Assembly (NCBI RefSeq): GCF_006345805.1
Contig: NC_042997.1
Location: 136,958,001-137,022,000, forward strand
Direction: 5' to 3'
Origin: Octopus sinensis
Taxonomy: Eukaryota
Length of the DNA: 64,000 bases
Numbering within the stretch: the first letter of the stretch is position 1; every line of letters begins with the position of its first letter. The notes under the pieces were generated by a model, which was not told the DNA's origin, did no database searches, and saw only the letters and a list, made by a program, of their open reading frames with translations. Shown one piece after another: positions 49,100-62,039 of this stretch. Made by a program: the position numbers and the translations under genes.

Positions 49100-52000
49100 C
49101 AGGTACACGACGCCACTGTCCCCCATCCCAGGGTCTCTAGGGCCCATACCTCCCACACCCTCAGGGATGGCACTCTTAACGTCGGCACACTGAGAGGTAG
49201 GTCTGGTGTTATTGTTGAAATGCTTGAATGGAACGGAGATGTGTTGATATGTGCTGCATCCAAGAAGTATGGTGGAGAGGAGGTTCTGCTAGGTTCCTCA
49301 CCAGCAAAGAACACAGGTACAAGATTTTCTGGGCAGGGAACACTGATGGGGTTGGGGGTGTGGGTATACTTCTTGCGGAGAAATGGGTAGATAAAGTAAT
49401 TGAGGTTGTCAGAGTATGCGATAGAATACTTAAGATTAGATTAGTGCTACATCATGGGTTAGCAACCATTATCTCAGCCTATGCCCCTCAGCCAGGGCTA
49501 CCCAATGGACAGAAAGACCGATTCTATGACACCCTCTTGCAGATTATTGCGTTGCCGAATGACAGGGACCTTCTCTTTGAGGCTGGCGACTTTAATGAAC
49601 ATGTTGGACAACATGTCGGGGGCTTCCATGGCATACATGGAGGCTATGGTTTTGGCTCTCGCAATGAGGAGGGAACTAGGCTGCTGGAGTTCTGTGACGC
49701 AAATGATCTTATGGTTTGCAATACTAACTTCAGAAAACCTGCCAGCCACCTAGTCACCTACTGCTCTGGCAAACACACTAGTCAGATTGACTACATCCTC
49801 AGCAGAAAAAGGGAAAGATGGCTGCTTATAAATGCTAAAACCTTCCCAAGCAAAGAATGTACCCCACAACATAGACTAGTAGTTAGTGACTTCAGGATCA
49901 GGGCTAAATGGATGCCCAGAAGACGACCAGCAAGGTAAAGAAGGGTCTGGAGACTTAAAGATCCCACTAATGGACAGAGATTTAGAGACATATTACTCGA
50001 AGCCTTTGACGAAATAGAAGGGGATATAGGTTCACATGATATAGAAGACAACTGGAGGTTCCTACGGGACAACCTGCTAAGGGCCACTGACCAGATCTGT
50101 GGATGGTGCAAAGTTCCCTCCCTGCCACCAAAATAACGTGGTGGTGGAACAATGTTGTTGACAGACAAAAGAAACAGGCTTGGAAGGACTGGAAGAACAG
50201 TGGTTGCAGGGAAGTGTATCAGACTGCCAGGAGGGAAGCTAGGAGGCAGGTTTACTTAGCTAGAGGGGAAGCAGATAAGAAAAAATTTGCCAATGTTCTG
50301 CGCCGTGAGGACAAAAGACTTGAGGTATTTCGTGTTGCAAGACAGTGTGTGAGAGAGAATCATGACGTGGTAGGTGAGAAATGTGTTCACATGGATGATG
50401 GTTCATTTGCGCTGAATGAGGATGCAAAGAAAGAGGTTTGGAGATATCATTATGAAAGGTTGCTGAATAAGGAAACTGAATGGGATAAAGAGAGTCTGCT
50501 GAATGTTGACCCAGCAGAGGGACCAGCTATCTGAGTTGACAGTTCCTTAGCAGTTAAGGCAATTAGAAGCATGAAGACACGGAAAGCCCCAGGCCCATCA
50601 GGAATTACTGCAGAGATGCTTAAAATATCTGGCAGTGTCGGCTATAGCCTAGTCATCCGTATAGTTAACCAGGTGATACACGAAGGAGTCATAACCAAAG
50701 ACTGGTGTAGCAGCATAATAGTCAACTACTACAAAGGTAAAGGTGACGCTTTAGATACAAATAATTACAGAGGTATCAAGCTGTTGGATCAGGTAATGAA
50801 GGTTACGGAGAGGGTCATAGCCCAACTGATTAGGGAGAGAGTCAGCTTGGATGAGATGCAGTTTGGTTTCATGCCAGAGAAAAGCACCACTGATGCCATA
50901 TTTCTGGTAAGACAGCTGCAGGAGAAATACCTAGCCAAAGATAAGTCCCTCTACCTGGATTTCGTTGACATGGAGAAAGCCTTTGACAGGGTCCCCTGAT
51001 CCCTTATCTGGTGGTCAATGAGGAAACTAGTGAAAGATAAATGGTTAGTGAGAGCTGTGCAAGCCATGTACAGGGATGCTCTAAGTAAGGTGAGAGTTGG
51101 CAACGAGTACACTGAAGAATTCAGGGTAGGTGTAGGGATCTACCAAGGTTCAGTCCTCAGCCCCCTCCTATTTATCATAGTCCTCCAGGCAATAACGGAG
51201 AAATTCAAGATGGGTTGTCCCTGGGAGCTTCTATATGCTGATGACCTTGCTCCAATTGCTGAGTCACTATCAGAACTAGAGGCATAGTTTCAAGTGTGGA
51301 GACAAGGATTAGAATCGAAGGGCCTTAGAGTCAACCTAGCTAAAACCAAAGTCCTAATATGTAGGAAGGCAGGCAAACCACAAATTCCTTCAGGTAGATG
51401 GCCCTGCTCGATCTGTAGTAGAGGCGTAGGTAGAAACTCTATAAGATGTACCCAGTGTAAGCTATGGACACATAAGAGGTGCAGTAATATCAAAGGGAGG
51501 CTAACTGGGAAGTTTTTGTATGTGGCAGCTGCTCGGGAGCAATAAACACTGAAAATGTGCAGAGAACAACTTCTGCCTCATTCCAGGGAGAAAAACTAGA
51601 AGTAGTCGATAGCTTCTGTTACCTAGGTGACCAAGTCAGTAGCGGAGGTGGGTGCGCTGAAAGTGTAGCTGCTAGAATAAGAATAGCTTGGGCAAAGTTC
51701 AGAGAGCTCTTACCTCTGCTGGTGACAAAAGGCCTCTTGCTCAGAGTAAAAGGTAAACTGTATGACGCTTGTGTACGAACAGCCATGCTACATGGCAGTG
51801 AAACATGGGCCATGACTGCTGAGGACATGCGTAAGCTCGCAAGGAATGAAGCCAGTATGCTCCGATGGATGTGTAATGTCAGTGTGCATACTTGACTGAG
51901 TGTAAGTACCTTGAGAGAAAAGTTGGACCTAAGAAACATCAGATGTGGTGTGCAAGAGAGACGACTGCGCTGGTATGGTCATGTAGTGAGAATGGATGAG

Positions 52001-52880
52001 GACAGCTGTGTGAAAAAGTGCCACACCCTAGCAGTTGAGTGAACCTGTGGAAGAGGTAGACCCAGGAAGACCTGGGATGAAGTGGTGAAGCACGACCTTC
52101 GAACTTTAGGCCTAACCAAGAAAATGACTAGTGACCGAGACCTTTGGAAATATGCCGTGTATGAGAAGACCTGGCAAGCCAAATGAAACCATAATCTCAT
52201 GGCCTATGCCAGGGGCGTAACCAGCCCACTTGTACATAACCTTTTCCTTCATTGGTCACTAAAACTCTACTTGCGAAGACCTGTTGGAGCAAGTGAAATC
52301 AAATTAAATCAATCAAAAGCAAAATCAAAATCAAATTCAATGACTGGCGTCCATGCTGGCAGGGTGCAAAGAGCACCATACGAGCGTGATCATTGACAGA
52401 GTGGCTAACCGGGTTCCGTGCCAGTGACATTTAAAGGGCACCATTCAAGCGTGATCGTTACCAGCGACGCCTTACTGGCACTTGTGCCCGTGCTAGCAGG
52501 GTGCCAAGAGCACCATCCGAGTGTAATCGTTGCCAGAGCAGCCAACTGGCTTCCATGCCAGCGGCACGTAAAAGGGCACCATTCGAGCATGTTCGTTACC
52601 AACGTCGCCTTACTGGCACCTGTGCTGGTGGCATGTGTAAAAGGATTCGAGCGAGGTCGATGCCAGTATCGCCTGACTGGCCCTCGTGCCGGTGGAATGT
52701 AAAAAGTACCCACTACACTCTTGGAGTGGTTGGCATTAGGAAGGGCATCCAGCTGTAGAAACTCTGCCAAATCAAGATTGGAGACTGGTGCAACCATCTG
52801 GTTCGCCAGCCCTCAGTCAAAATCGTCCAACCCATGCTAGCATGGAAAGCGGACGTTAAACGATGATGATGATGATGATG
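49100..52880 (+). mobile_element. RTE LINE spanning EN to tail, decayed
   Basis: TLNVGTL, CIQEV, SAYAPQ, AGDFNEHVG, QHRLVVSD, RT motifs to YADD, Zn-finger insert, GSETW, RWYGHV, 3' UTR repeats, (GAT)n. Confidence 0.93.
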
Positions 52881-52904
52881 ATATATATATATGCATGGAT
52901 ATAA

Positions 52905-55197
52905 TCATCATCATCATCGTTTAACAGCCATTTTCCATAGTAGCATGGGTTGGATGGTTCAACCAGTATCTGGGAAGCCAGGAGGCTGCACCAGGCTCCA
53001 GTCTGATCTGGCAGTGTTTCTACAGCTGGATGCCCTTCCTAATGCCAACCACTCCGTGAGAATAGTGGGTGCTTTTTACGTGCCACCGGCACAGGAGCCG
53101 GAGGTGGCTGGTAACAGCCACGATTTGTTGGTGCTTTTTATGTGCAACCAGCATGGAAGCCAGTCAAGGCGGCGCTAGCATTGGCCACATTCAGATGGTG
53201 CTTTTTTGTGCTACCGGCATGGGTATCACAACTACAATTTTCATTTTGATGTTGATGTACTTGACTCAATAGGTCTCCCAAGCACAGGAGGTCACCCAAC
53301 GATCCAAGGTGCTTTTGAATGGGCTGGGGCTGGTTATCTGAAACTGGTGTAGGATACAGCTGTGAACTCACTTTATTTGCCGGGTCTTCTCAATCATAGC
53401 ATATCTCCAGAGGTCTCAGTCTTTTGCCATTGCTTCTGTGAGGTTCAACATTTGAAGGTCATGCTTGACCACCTCATCCCATGTCTTCCTGGGTCTACCT
53501 CTACCCTGAATTCCTTCAACTGTCTGGGAGTGGCACTTCTTCACACAGCTCTCCTCATCCATCCATAGTACATGACCATACCAGCGCAAACATCTCTCTT
53601 GCACACCACATCCAATGCTTCTTATGTTTAATATTTCTCTCAGAGCACTTACACTCTGTTGTGTGTGAACACTGACATTACACATCCAGCAGATCATGCT
53701 AGCTTCATTTCTTTCAAGCCTACGCATGTCCTCTGCAGTTACAGACCATGTTTCACTGACATGAAGCATGGCAGTTCGCATACATACATTGTACAATCTA
53801 CCTTTCACTCTGAATGAGAGGCCCTTTGTCACCGTTAGGGGTAGAAGCTTTCTATACTTTGCCCAGGCTATTCGTATTCTAGTGGTAACACTCTCTGAGC
53901 ATCCATCCCCACTACTAACTTGGTCACCTAGGTAGCAGAAGCTATCAACTACTTCTAGTTTCTCCCACTGGAGTGTGATGTAATCTGTTTTCTGAGCATG
54001 GTGTTTATTGCCCCTGTGCATCTGCTGCACATGAAAACTATCTTCTCAGTTAATCTTCCTTTGATGTTGCTGCATCTCTTATGTGTCCATAGCTTACACT
54101 GGATACATTTTATGGAGTTTCTACTTACACCTTTTCTACAGATTGAGCAGGGCCATCTACCTGAGGGTGTGTGTAATGTGTTCGCCTTCCTACTTACTAG
54201 AACTTTGGTCTTTGCTACATTGACTCTAAGGCCTTTTGATTCTAAACCTTGCTTCCACACTTGAAATTTCTTTTCTATTTCTGGTAGTGATTCTGCTATG
54301 AGGGTCAGATCATTAGCATAGAGGAGCTCCCAGGGACAACCCATCTTGAATTCCTCTGTTATTGCCTGGAGGACTATGATGAATAAAAGGGGACTAAGTG
54401 CTGAACCTTGATGGACCCCTACTTCTACCTGGAATTCTTCACTATACTCATTGCCAATACTAACCTTACTAATGGCCTCTCTGTATAGGGCCTGTACAGC
54501 CCTTATTAACCATTCGTCAATCCCCAGTTTCTGCATCGTCCACCAGATAAGAGATTGGGGGACCCTGTCAAAGGCTTTCTCCAAGTCCACAAAAGCTAAG
54601 TATAGGGGGTTTATCTTTAGCTAGCTATTTCTCTTGCAGTTGTCAAACCAGGAATATGGCATCAGTGGTGCTTCTACCCGGCACAAAACTGAACTGCATC
54701 TCATCTAAGCAAGCACTCTCTCTAATGAGATGGGCTATGTCCCTCTCTGTGACCTTCATCACCTGATCCAGCAGTTTGATACTCCTGTAGTTATTTCTGT
54801 CTAGAGCATCACCTTTACCCTTGTAGCAGTTGACTATGGTGCTGCTACACCAGTCATTGGGTATGACTCCATCATGAACTACCTGGTTTACAATATGGGT
54901 GACTGGACCATAGCTCACACCACCAGATGTTTTAAGCATCTCAGCAGTGATTCCTGATGGGCCGGGGGCTTTTCCTAGCTTCATACCCTTAATCACTTTT
55001 TCTACTGGGGTGCTGTCTATTCAGATAGCTGGTCCCTCTACTGGGTCAACATTTGGCAGGCTCTCCTCCCCACATTCATAATGTCTTTCATAATGGCTTC
55101 TCCAAGCCTCTTTCTTTTCCAAATTGTTAAAAGCAAGAGCGCCATCATCCATGCGAACACATTTCTCTCCTGTGACATCACAATTTTCTCTCACACA

Positions 55198-55200
<3 letters not shown>
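52905..55200 (-). mobile_element. RTE LINE of the same family, tail-to-tail with the previous copy
   Basis: (CAT)n tail at 52905; MDLEKAFDRVP, GVHQGSALSPLLF, LLYANDL; ends at QCVRENCDV against (TA)n. Confidence 0.92.
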
Positions 55201-55424
<224 letters not shown>

Positions 55425-56190
55425 TGTAGCAGGAGAAATTGATTAGAAAACAATAATATGAAATGTCGGAGTTATCAGTTGTAACGTTAAATAATTTGTT
55501 GTTGTAATCACATACTGTAGGATGTGAAAAATGAACAATGCATGAAGTTTTAAGAAAGTATTTATTTACCGTTACGTTACAAATGCCTTGCTTCGACGGG
55601 CAGGTTATGATAAATACAAAAGCATGTGAAGTAAAGTTTGTGTTTGTGTCCTCTTCACTGTTTAGTAGTAAATACAGAGAGAGATAGAATGATGTTGTAA
55701 GAGAACAGAATTAGAACTAGTGAGAGTTGTAGTGTGTGGGACGTTGTCTCACAGTTGCTGACAGTAAACTCCGTTTCTCCCTCTGACCAATGTTCTAGCT
55801 GGTCAGCCAGACTTCGTTGGGTCGTCACCATGTGACTGGACTCGTTGAGTCATCACCGACTGTGACTAACTGGTTGAGTGGTCACTGACTGATTTTTGCT
55901 TGAGGTATTCTTGCTTTTATAACTATCCAGAAGGATAGATATATCATTGAGAACAATAGATTTAGCTGGTGGTCTTGTTATCTCTATTCTAGCTTTTGGT
56001 GAAGTAAAAGAGGTTAGAAATGGTCAAGTGGTGAAGACATTACTTCAGCCTAGCTAAAGGCATCTGGAAAATGTAAAACCGCTGTCAGAGAAAAACCATT
56101 GTTCCACTGTGGGAAAAGTTCTGTTGTAGTGTTAATTTAAATTTGGCTATGGTGGATCGAATCCACTTCATGCAAGCAAGATCCACTATA
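55425..56190 (-). mobile_element. Solo LTR, same family as 25847-26590
   Basis: Collinear homology, e.g. aaaatgaacaatgcatga...ttctccctctgaccaatgttctagctggtcag...ccacttcatgca; no clear TSD. Confidence 0.8.
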
Positions 56191-56435
56191 CCATCATCAT
56201 CATCATGCAGGCCAGTCAGGCTGTACTGGCAACGACCTCACTCGAATGCTTTTTCACATGTCACTGGCACAAGTGCCAGTAAGACGACGTTGGTGATGAT
56301 CATGCTTGAATAGTGCCTTTTACATGCCACCGGCACGGAAGCCAGTTGGCTGCTCTGGCAACGATCATGCTTAGATGGTGCTCTTAGCACCCCACTAGCA
56401 TGAGGCACAAGTACCAGTAAGGTGATGCTGGTCAT
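56191..56435 (-). mobile_element. RTE 3'-UTR repeat units with (CAT)n tail
   Basis: catcatcatcatcatg followed by gaatgcttttt...ccactggcac units. Confidence 0.7.
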
Positions 56436-56453
56436 ATATATATATATATATAT

Positions 56454-56489
<36 letters not shown>

Positions 56490-56493
56490 GCAT

Positions 56494-56535
<42 letters not shown>

Positions 56536-56662
56536 TATATGTAGAAAAATACAAACTGGGACAAGAATGTAAAACATTTAGAAGACGATACAAAAAACAC
56601 GGATGGGACATTCGAAGCCTTCAATCTTCAGTCAAGAACCGGATCATCCTCGCAATTTCGGC

Positions 56663-56700
<38 letters not shown>

Positions 56701-56703
<3 letters not shown>

Positions 56704-57097
56704 GTAAGTAGCTTGCTAACCAACCACATGGTTCCGGGTTTAGTCCCACTGCATGGCATCTTGGGCAAGTGTCTTCTGCTATAGCTCCGGGTCGACCAAT
56801 GCCTTGTGAGTGGATTTGGTAGACGGAAACTGAAAGAAGCCTGTCGTATATATATATGTATATGTATGTGTGTGTGTGTGTTTGTGTGTCTGTGTTTGCC
56901 CCCCAAGCATTGCTTGACAACCGATGCTGGTGTGTTTACGTCACCGTCACTTAGCGGTTCGGCAAAAGAGACTGATAGAATAAGTACTGGGGTTACAAAG
57001 AATAAGTCCCGGGGTCGATTTGCTCGACTAAAGGCGGTGCTCCAGCATGGCCACAGTCAAATGACTGAAACAAGTAAAAGAGTAGAAGAGTAAAAGA

Positions 57098-57098
<1 letters not shown>
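56701..57098 (+). mobile_element. SINE family A embedded in (TA)n
   Basis: tggtaagtagcttgctaaccaaccacatggttccggg...aagtaaaagagtagaagagtaaaagag. Confidence 0.9.
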
Positions 57099-57139
<41 letters not shown>

Positions 57140-57178
57140 TACATATATAGATATATACATTTATGTGTGTGTGTATAT

Positions 57179-57224
<46 letters not shown>

Positions 57225-57492
57225 ATACATATACATACATACACACACATACATATATATTTTGTTATACATAAATTATTGCGGCGTAACATAGACCTTG
57301 TTCTCTTATATATATATATGTATGTATGTAGAAAGTTGAAAAGGAACATGCAAGTTGATATGTAAATGGAAAAAAAGTCAAGGTAGAATATGCTAAAATA
57401 ATTTTATCATAAAAAACATTTTAGTACCAGTTTCAGTCATTGAAACTTTTTCAACTCTAAGTATGGAAAACGATTAAATTTTTGAAAACTTT

Positions 57493-60400
57493 ATTGATTG
57501 ATTGATTGATTGATTGATTCTAGTTTCAGCTCATGAGCTGTGGCCATGCTGGGGCACCGCCATTTGGTGTTGCTACTTGGTTTTACTTCACGAAAGCTTT
57601 TTAGCAACTGCCATTTGGTGCATGAGAGAGTTCGATGCAGCTGCCCTCATCTGCACCTCCTGCCGTGAAGTTGGTTCATCTGGGACACCTGACAGGAAGA
57701 GATCCAGTTCCATTTTAAAGACATCTGCATCCACCCCATGCAGGTCTCTCAGGTTCTTCGGAGGATATTGAAGAGCTGTGGGCCACGGAAGCCCAGGCTA
57801 TCACAGTATCTTGTCCTACATCTTGATGGCAAATTTGGAGTCCTAGGCACCACGCAGTGGCGCCCAGTTCTGGCATTTGTGTAACTCTCGATGCCAAAGT
57901 TTGGGACACGTCCCTCCAGGATCTTCTAGATGTATATTATGGCATATCTTTCCCGCCTACGCTCCAAGGAATATAGTTTTAATCTCTTGAGTCTTTCCCA
58001 GTAGCTTACATTCTGCATAGAGGCTATCTTCTTCGTGTAGCTACGCTGGATCGCCTCGAGCTCTGTGATCAACTTGACACTGGATGGTGACCATAACTGA
58101 GAGCAATAGTCAAAGTGGCTTAGGACAAGTGTCCTCCAGAGGACCATCATGGTTTCTTGTTCTCTTGTTCTAAAGGTTCTGAGAATCCATCCGGCCAGTC
58201 GTCTACATTTCATTGCCAATTTAGCAACATGAACACGAAAGGTTGCGTCATCACTCATGTAAATACCCAGGTCACGCACTGATTGTGCCTCTGGGATTGC
58301 TATTCCTCTGGGTCCAGTGTATTCATTGGGTATTGCATTTAGTTTTGCATGCTGATAGTATAAAGCTTGAAACTTTTCAGCATTGAACTGCATGCTATTC
58401 TTTTCAGCCCACTTGTATATTTCGTCCAGCTCACATTGCAGGTGCTTAGTGTCTTCAGGGTTCTGTATTGCCTGTGAAACTTTTGTATCATTTGCATAAC
58501 TTGTGATCGTGGCTCTCTGCGTGGCTGAGGGCATGTCTGAGAGGGCCATTATGAACAGTAGTGGTCCCAAAACAGTGCCCTGCGGAACACCGCTCACTAT
58601 TTGTGTGTTAATGGAAGTGGCCCCATTGGCTGCTACCACCTGACTTCTATCCTTCAGAAAGTCATGAAGCCATTCCCCCAATTTTCCAACTATGCCAAGA
58701 TCACACAGTTTGTGACATATCATTCCATGATCGACTTTATCAAAGGCCTTTGCAAAGTCGAGATATATGACTTCCACATTTGAGTTGTTGAGCAGTTGTT
58801 TCAGCACCCAGTCATAGTGTTGTAGGAGCTGAGTTAAACAGCTTCTTCCTGGTTGGAAACCATGTTGGGTGTCAGGAAGCAAGTCATTTTCTTCAAGGAA
58901 GGTGATTAGTTTCCTTCTGACTATTCGTTCCATGACCTTGCTGTTGTGTGAGGTGAGAGAGATAGGTCTGTAGTTCTTGGCCTCTGCTCTGCTACCACCT
59001 TTATGAATAGGGCATATTTTACCTTCCTTCAGTTTTTTTGGAAGTTTGACAGCTGCTAGGAAGCTCTGAAAGAGGATCTGCAGTGGTCTTGCTAGGACTC
59101 TCTTACATACTTTTAGGAGGATTGCCGGGAATCCATCGGGGCCAATAGCTGATTCTGTTTTCATTTCATCTATGGCCTTTATTACATCGTCTTCCTTTAT
59201 ATCGATGTAATTTATCGTCGCCGCCTCTGATTTTATATCTGCAGTGGTAAAGAAGTCAGTTGGATTGGTGATTTGGAAATGCCCGAGGGGTGGAGTGAAA
59301 ACACTCTTGAATTGCTCATTCAGTATTTCACTTACCCTCATTGGTTTTCCTGTGAGTGTGACATCCTCTTCAAGGAGTAGCCCTATCCTACAGTGCACCG
59401 TAGCTGTTTCTTTGGCATACCTGTAGAAAGCTCTGGGGTTAGATTTTATGTTGTCTATAGCCCAGGCTTCTTTGTCTGCTCTTTCCTTTTCATGGGAGAG
59501 TTGCAGACATTTTTCAATTTCCAACAGTTTTATTTTCAGGCGGGACTTTTCACTGCTTTCAATCTGTTTGTTTAGGCGATTTGAAATTTTTGTACGCCAT
59601 CTCATTAAGATTTTCCTCTCTCTGGGGATTTTGTTCTTGTGTACAGTGGCCTTTCTCTCTGGGACACATTTGTAGCATATGGCTTGCGTTACAGACATGA
59701 ATTGTTGAAGTTTCACGTCGATGTCTGGCGAGGAGAGACATTTAGGCCAGTTTTGTTTGAGGATCTCTTTCTCAATTTGTTTCCAGTTTGCCTTGTGGTA
59801 GTTCAAGCTGGAAAGATTCTGAGGGTTTCTTGTAGGCTGCATGTCCCTGCTCTCTTTTGGCCCGTACATGGTCAGCTCTACCATGTTGTGATCCGAGAGT
59901 AGTGTCGGTGTCACTTTCACATTATGGATGAGATCCATATTATTTGTGAAGCAGAGATCCAGTGTGTTACCTGCCCTGGTTGATTGGAGTATTACTTGTT
60001 CCATGTACAGGGTGTTGATGAGGTTCAGGAGGGACCTCGCCTGTCCTTGTTCACATCTTGTCATTCCTGGGAGAGAAAGGCCCTTGGGCCATCTGACATT
60101 GGGTAGATTGAAGTCTCCCATAAGAAGTACACTTATGTGTTGTTCTAATGTGATTAGAACTTCTTCTATTTTTATAAGGCAGTCTTCAAACTTGCCCACA
60201 TGGCTTGGGGCATCTGGAGGGCGATATGTAGCACACACAACTACATCAAGTTGCCTTATATGTACAATTAGTGTGTCACACACCGAGTTTGAGTATGACA
60301 AGAGGACCTGGGGTGTGAGGTCCTCACGGATGTACATAGCTACTCCTCCATGACTCCTTTCTTTTCTGTCGGTCCGTAGTACAACATACTGTGGTATGTG

Positions 60401-60553
60401 TAACTCCGCATCTGCTATGTCCGGTTTCAGGTGCGTTTCTGTAAGTGCTATGCATAAGGCTTGATTGCATGCAACAAAGTCTCTCAAGAACGCGATCTTT
60501 GTCCTGTTACTGAGTGTTTGCAGCCCTCTGATGTTCAGTAGGAGCATCGAGGT
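57493..60553 (-). mobile_element. CR1/L2-group (Jockey supergroup) LINE, 5'-truncated at the ORF2 start
   Basis: (CAAT)n tail, EN and RT motifs, one frameshift near 57926 before WKILEG...RGPQLFN. Confidence 0.92.
57926..60547 (-). CDS. LINE ORF2 (APE endonuclease + RT), 873 aa uninterrupted, YADD changed to YAND
   Basis: LNIRGL, LTETHL, MGDFNLP, TLDLCF, LSDHN, NYRPISLTS, YLDFAKAFDKVDH, GVPQGTVLGPLLF, SYANDTK. Confidence 0.85.
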   Translation of the reverse strand: MLLLNIRGLQTLSNRTKIAFLRDFVACNQALCIALTETHLKPDIADAELHIPQYVVLRTDRKERSHGGVAMYIREDLTPQVLLSYSNSVCDTLIVHIRQLDVVVCATYRPPDAPSHVGKFEDCLIKIEEVLITLEQHISVLLMGDFNLPNVRWPKGLSLPGMTRCEQGQARSLLNLINTLYMEQVILQSTRAGNTLDLCFTNNMDLIHNVKVTPTLLSDHNMVELTMYGPKESRDMQPTRNPQNLSSLNYHKANWKQIEKEILKQNWPKCLSSPDIDVKLQQFMSVTQAICYKCVPERKATVHKNKIPRERKILMRWRTKISNRLNKQIESSEKSRLKIKLLEIEKCLQLSHEKERADKEAWAIDNIKSNPRAFYRYAKETATVHCRIGLLLEEDVTLTGKPMRVSEILNEQFKSVFTPPLGHFQITNPTDFFTTADIKSEAATINYIDIKEDDVIKAIDEMKTESAIGPDGFPAILLKVCKRVLARPLQILFQSFLAAVKLPKKLKEGKICPIHKGGSRAEAKNYRPISLTSHNSKVMERIVRRKLITFLEENDLLPDTQHGFQPGRSCLTQLLQHYDWVLKQLLNNSNVEVIYLDFAKAFDKVDHGMICHKLCDLGIVGKLGEWLHDFLKDRSQVVAANGATSINTQIVSGVPQGTVLGPLLFIMALSDMPSATQRATITSYANDTKVSQAIQNPEDTKHLQCELDEIYKWAEKNSMQFNAEKFQALYYQHAKLNAIPNEYTGPRGIAIPEAQSVRDLGIYMSDDATFRVHVAKLAMKCRRLAGWILRTFRTREQETMMVLWRTLVLSHFDYCSQLWSPSSVKLITELEAIQRSYTKKIASMQNVSYWERLKRLKLYSLERRRERYAIIYI

Positions 60554-60849
60554 GAAAAGTTTTTTAAAAGAATTTTTGCATAGTATTGAAATACAAGTGG
60601 AATTTTCCTTGTTTTTGCCTGTTTCTGTCTCTCTTGTTTACTCTTGTGGGTTCGAGACAGAAACAAGGAAAATGCCCTTTGTATTTGAATACTATGCTAA
60701 TATTCTTTTAAAAACTTTTCATGCAATTCTTCCAAAATTTAATTGTTTTCCATACTTACAGTTGAAAAAGTCTCAATGATTGAAACTGGTACTAAAATGC
60801 TTTTTATGATAAAATTTTTAGCATTTTCTACCTTGACTTTTTTTCCTTG

Positions 60850-61128
60850 TCTGCCAGCCTCGTCTGGCACCTGTGTCGGTGGCACATAAAAAACACCATC
60901 CGAGCGTGGCCGTCTGCCAGCCTCGTCTGGCACCTGTGTCGGTGGCACATAAAATCACCCACTACACTCTCGGAGTGGTTGGCGTTAGGAAGGACATCCA
61001 GCTGTAGAAACACTGCCAGATCTGACTGGCCTGGTGCAGCCTTCGGACTTGCCAGACCCCAGTTGAACCGTCCAACCCATGCTAGCATGGAAAGCGGACG
61101 TTAAACGATGATGATGATGATGATGATA
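60850..61128 (+). mobile_element. RTE tail element (two identical repeat units plus tail)
   Basis: gtctgccagcctcgtctggcacctgtgtcggtggcacataaaa twice; (GAT)n. Confidence 0.85.
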
Positions 61129-61137
61129 TATATATAT

Positions 61138-61232
61138 GGAAAAAAAAAAGTCAAGGTAGAAAATGCTAAAATAATTTTATAAAAAACATTTCAGTACCGG
61201 TTTCAGTCATTGAGACTTTTTCAACTGTAAGT
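61138..61232 (+). mobile_element. Third copy of the fold-back MITE end
   Basis: tggaaaaaaaaaagtcaaggtagaaaatgctaaaataatttta...gagactttttcaactgtaagtatg. Confidence 0.8.
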
Positions 61233-61454
61233 ATGCAAATGAAACAACATGCAAAATAACAAGACTAAATATGTAAATAAAATAAAAATAAAAAATAAAT
61301 ATATGAAAATAAATGAACAGAGCATTGTGTTATATAAAATTCAGAGGAAAACACTTATACTACTTTTGTTCTCAAATAATAGAAATTTTAGAAATTCAGG
61401 ATATACTTACACTTATAGATTTAGTCTTTGTCAAGTGTGTGTTTGTGTGTGTGA

Positions 61455-61825
61455 GATCATCATCATCATCATCGTCATCATTTAATGTCCGCTTTCCATG
61501 CTGGCATGGGTTGGACAGTTTGACTGGGGACTGGTGAGTCAGATGGCAACACCAGGCTCCAATTTGATCTGGCACAGTTTCTACAGCTGGATGCCCTTCC
61601 TAACACCAACCACTCCGAGAATATAGTGGGTGCTTTTACATGCCACTGGCACGAGGGCCAGTCAGGTGGTACAAGCAACGGCTATGCTCAAATGGTGTTT
61701 TTACATGTCATCTGCACAGGAGCCAGTCCAGTGGCACTGGCAATGCCCTTGCTCGAATGTTGTTTTTCATGTACCACCAGCACAAGTGCCAGTAAGGCGA
61801 CACTGGTAATGATCATGTTCAAATA
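61455..61825 (-). mobile_element. RTE tail element
   Basis: catcatcatcgtcatcatttaatgtccgctttccatgctggcatgggttgg. Confidence 0.85.
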
Positions 61826-61921
61826 TATATATATTGTCTGACCGCTTATAAATATAAGTATATCCTGCGACCAGCGGTGTCAAATGGATGCCCGACGGAC
61901 TGGTTGGTCAAGGTGATCAAG

Positions 61922-61957
<36 letters not shown>

Positions 61958-62039
61958 TAGATAGATATATGATGGTTGCTTCATCTTGACAGATGATAGC
62001 TGTCCCATCAACACACTCACCACACCCCATCACACAGCA

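Larger units (their letters stand above)
57367..60846. mobile_element. Palindromic fold-back MITE (~420 bp) with a LINE in its left arm
   Basis: 57367-57489 plus 60553-60635 is the reverse complement of 60655-60846; inner tgtttctgtctc/gagacagaaaca. Confidence 0.8.
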
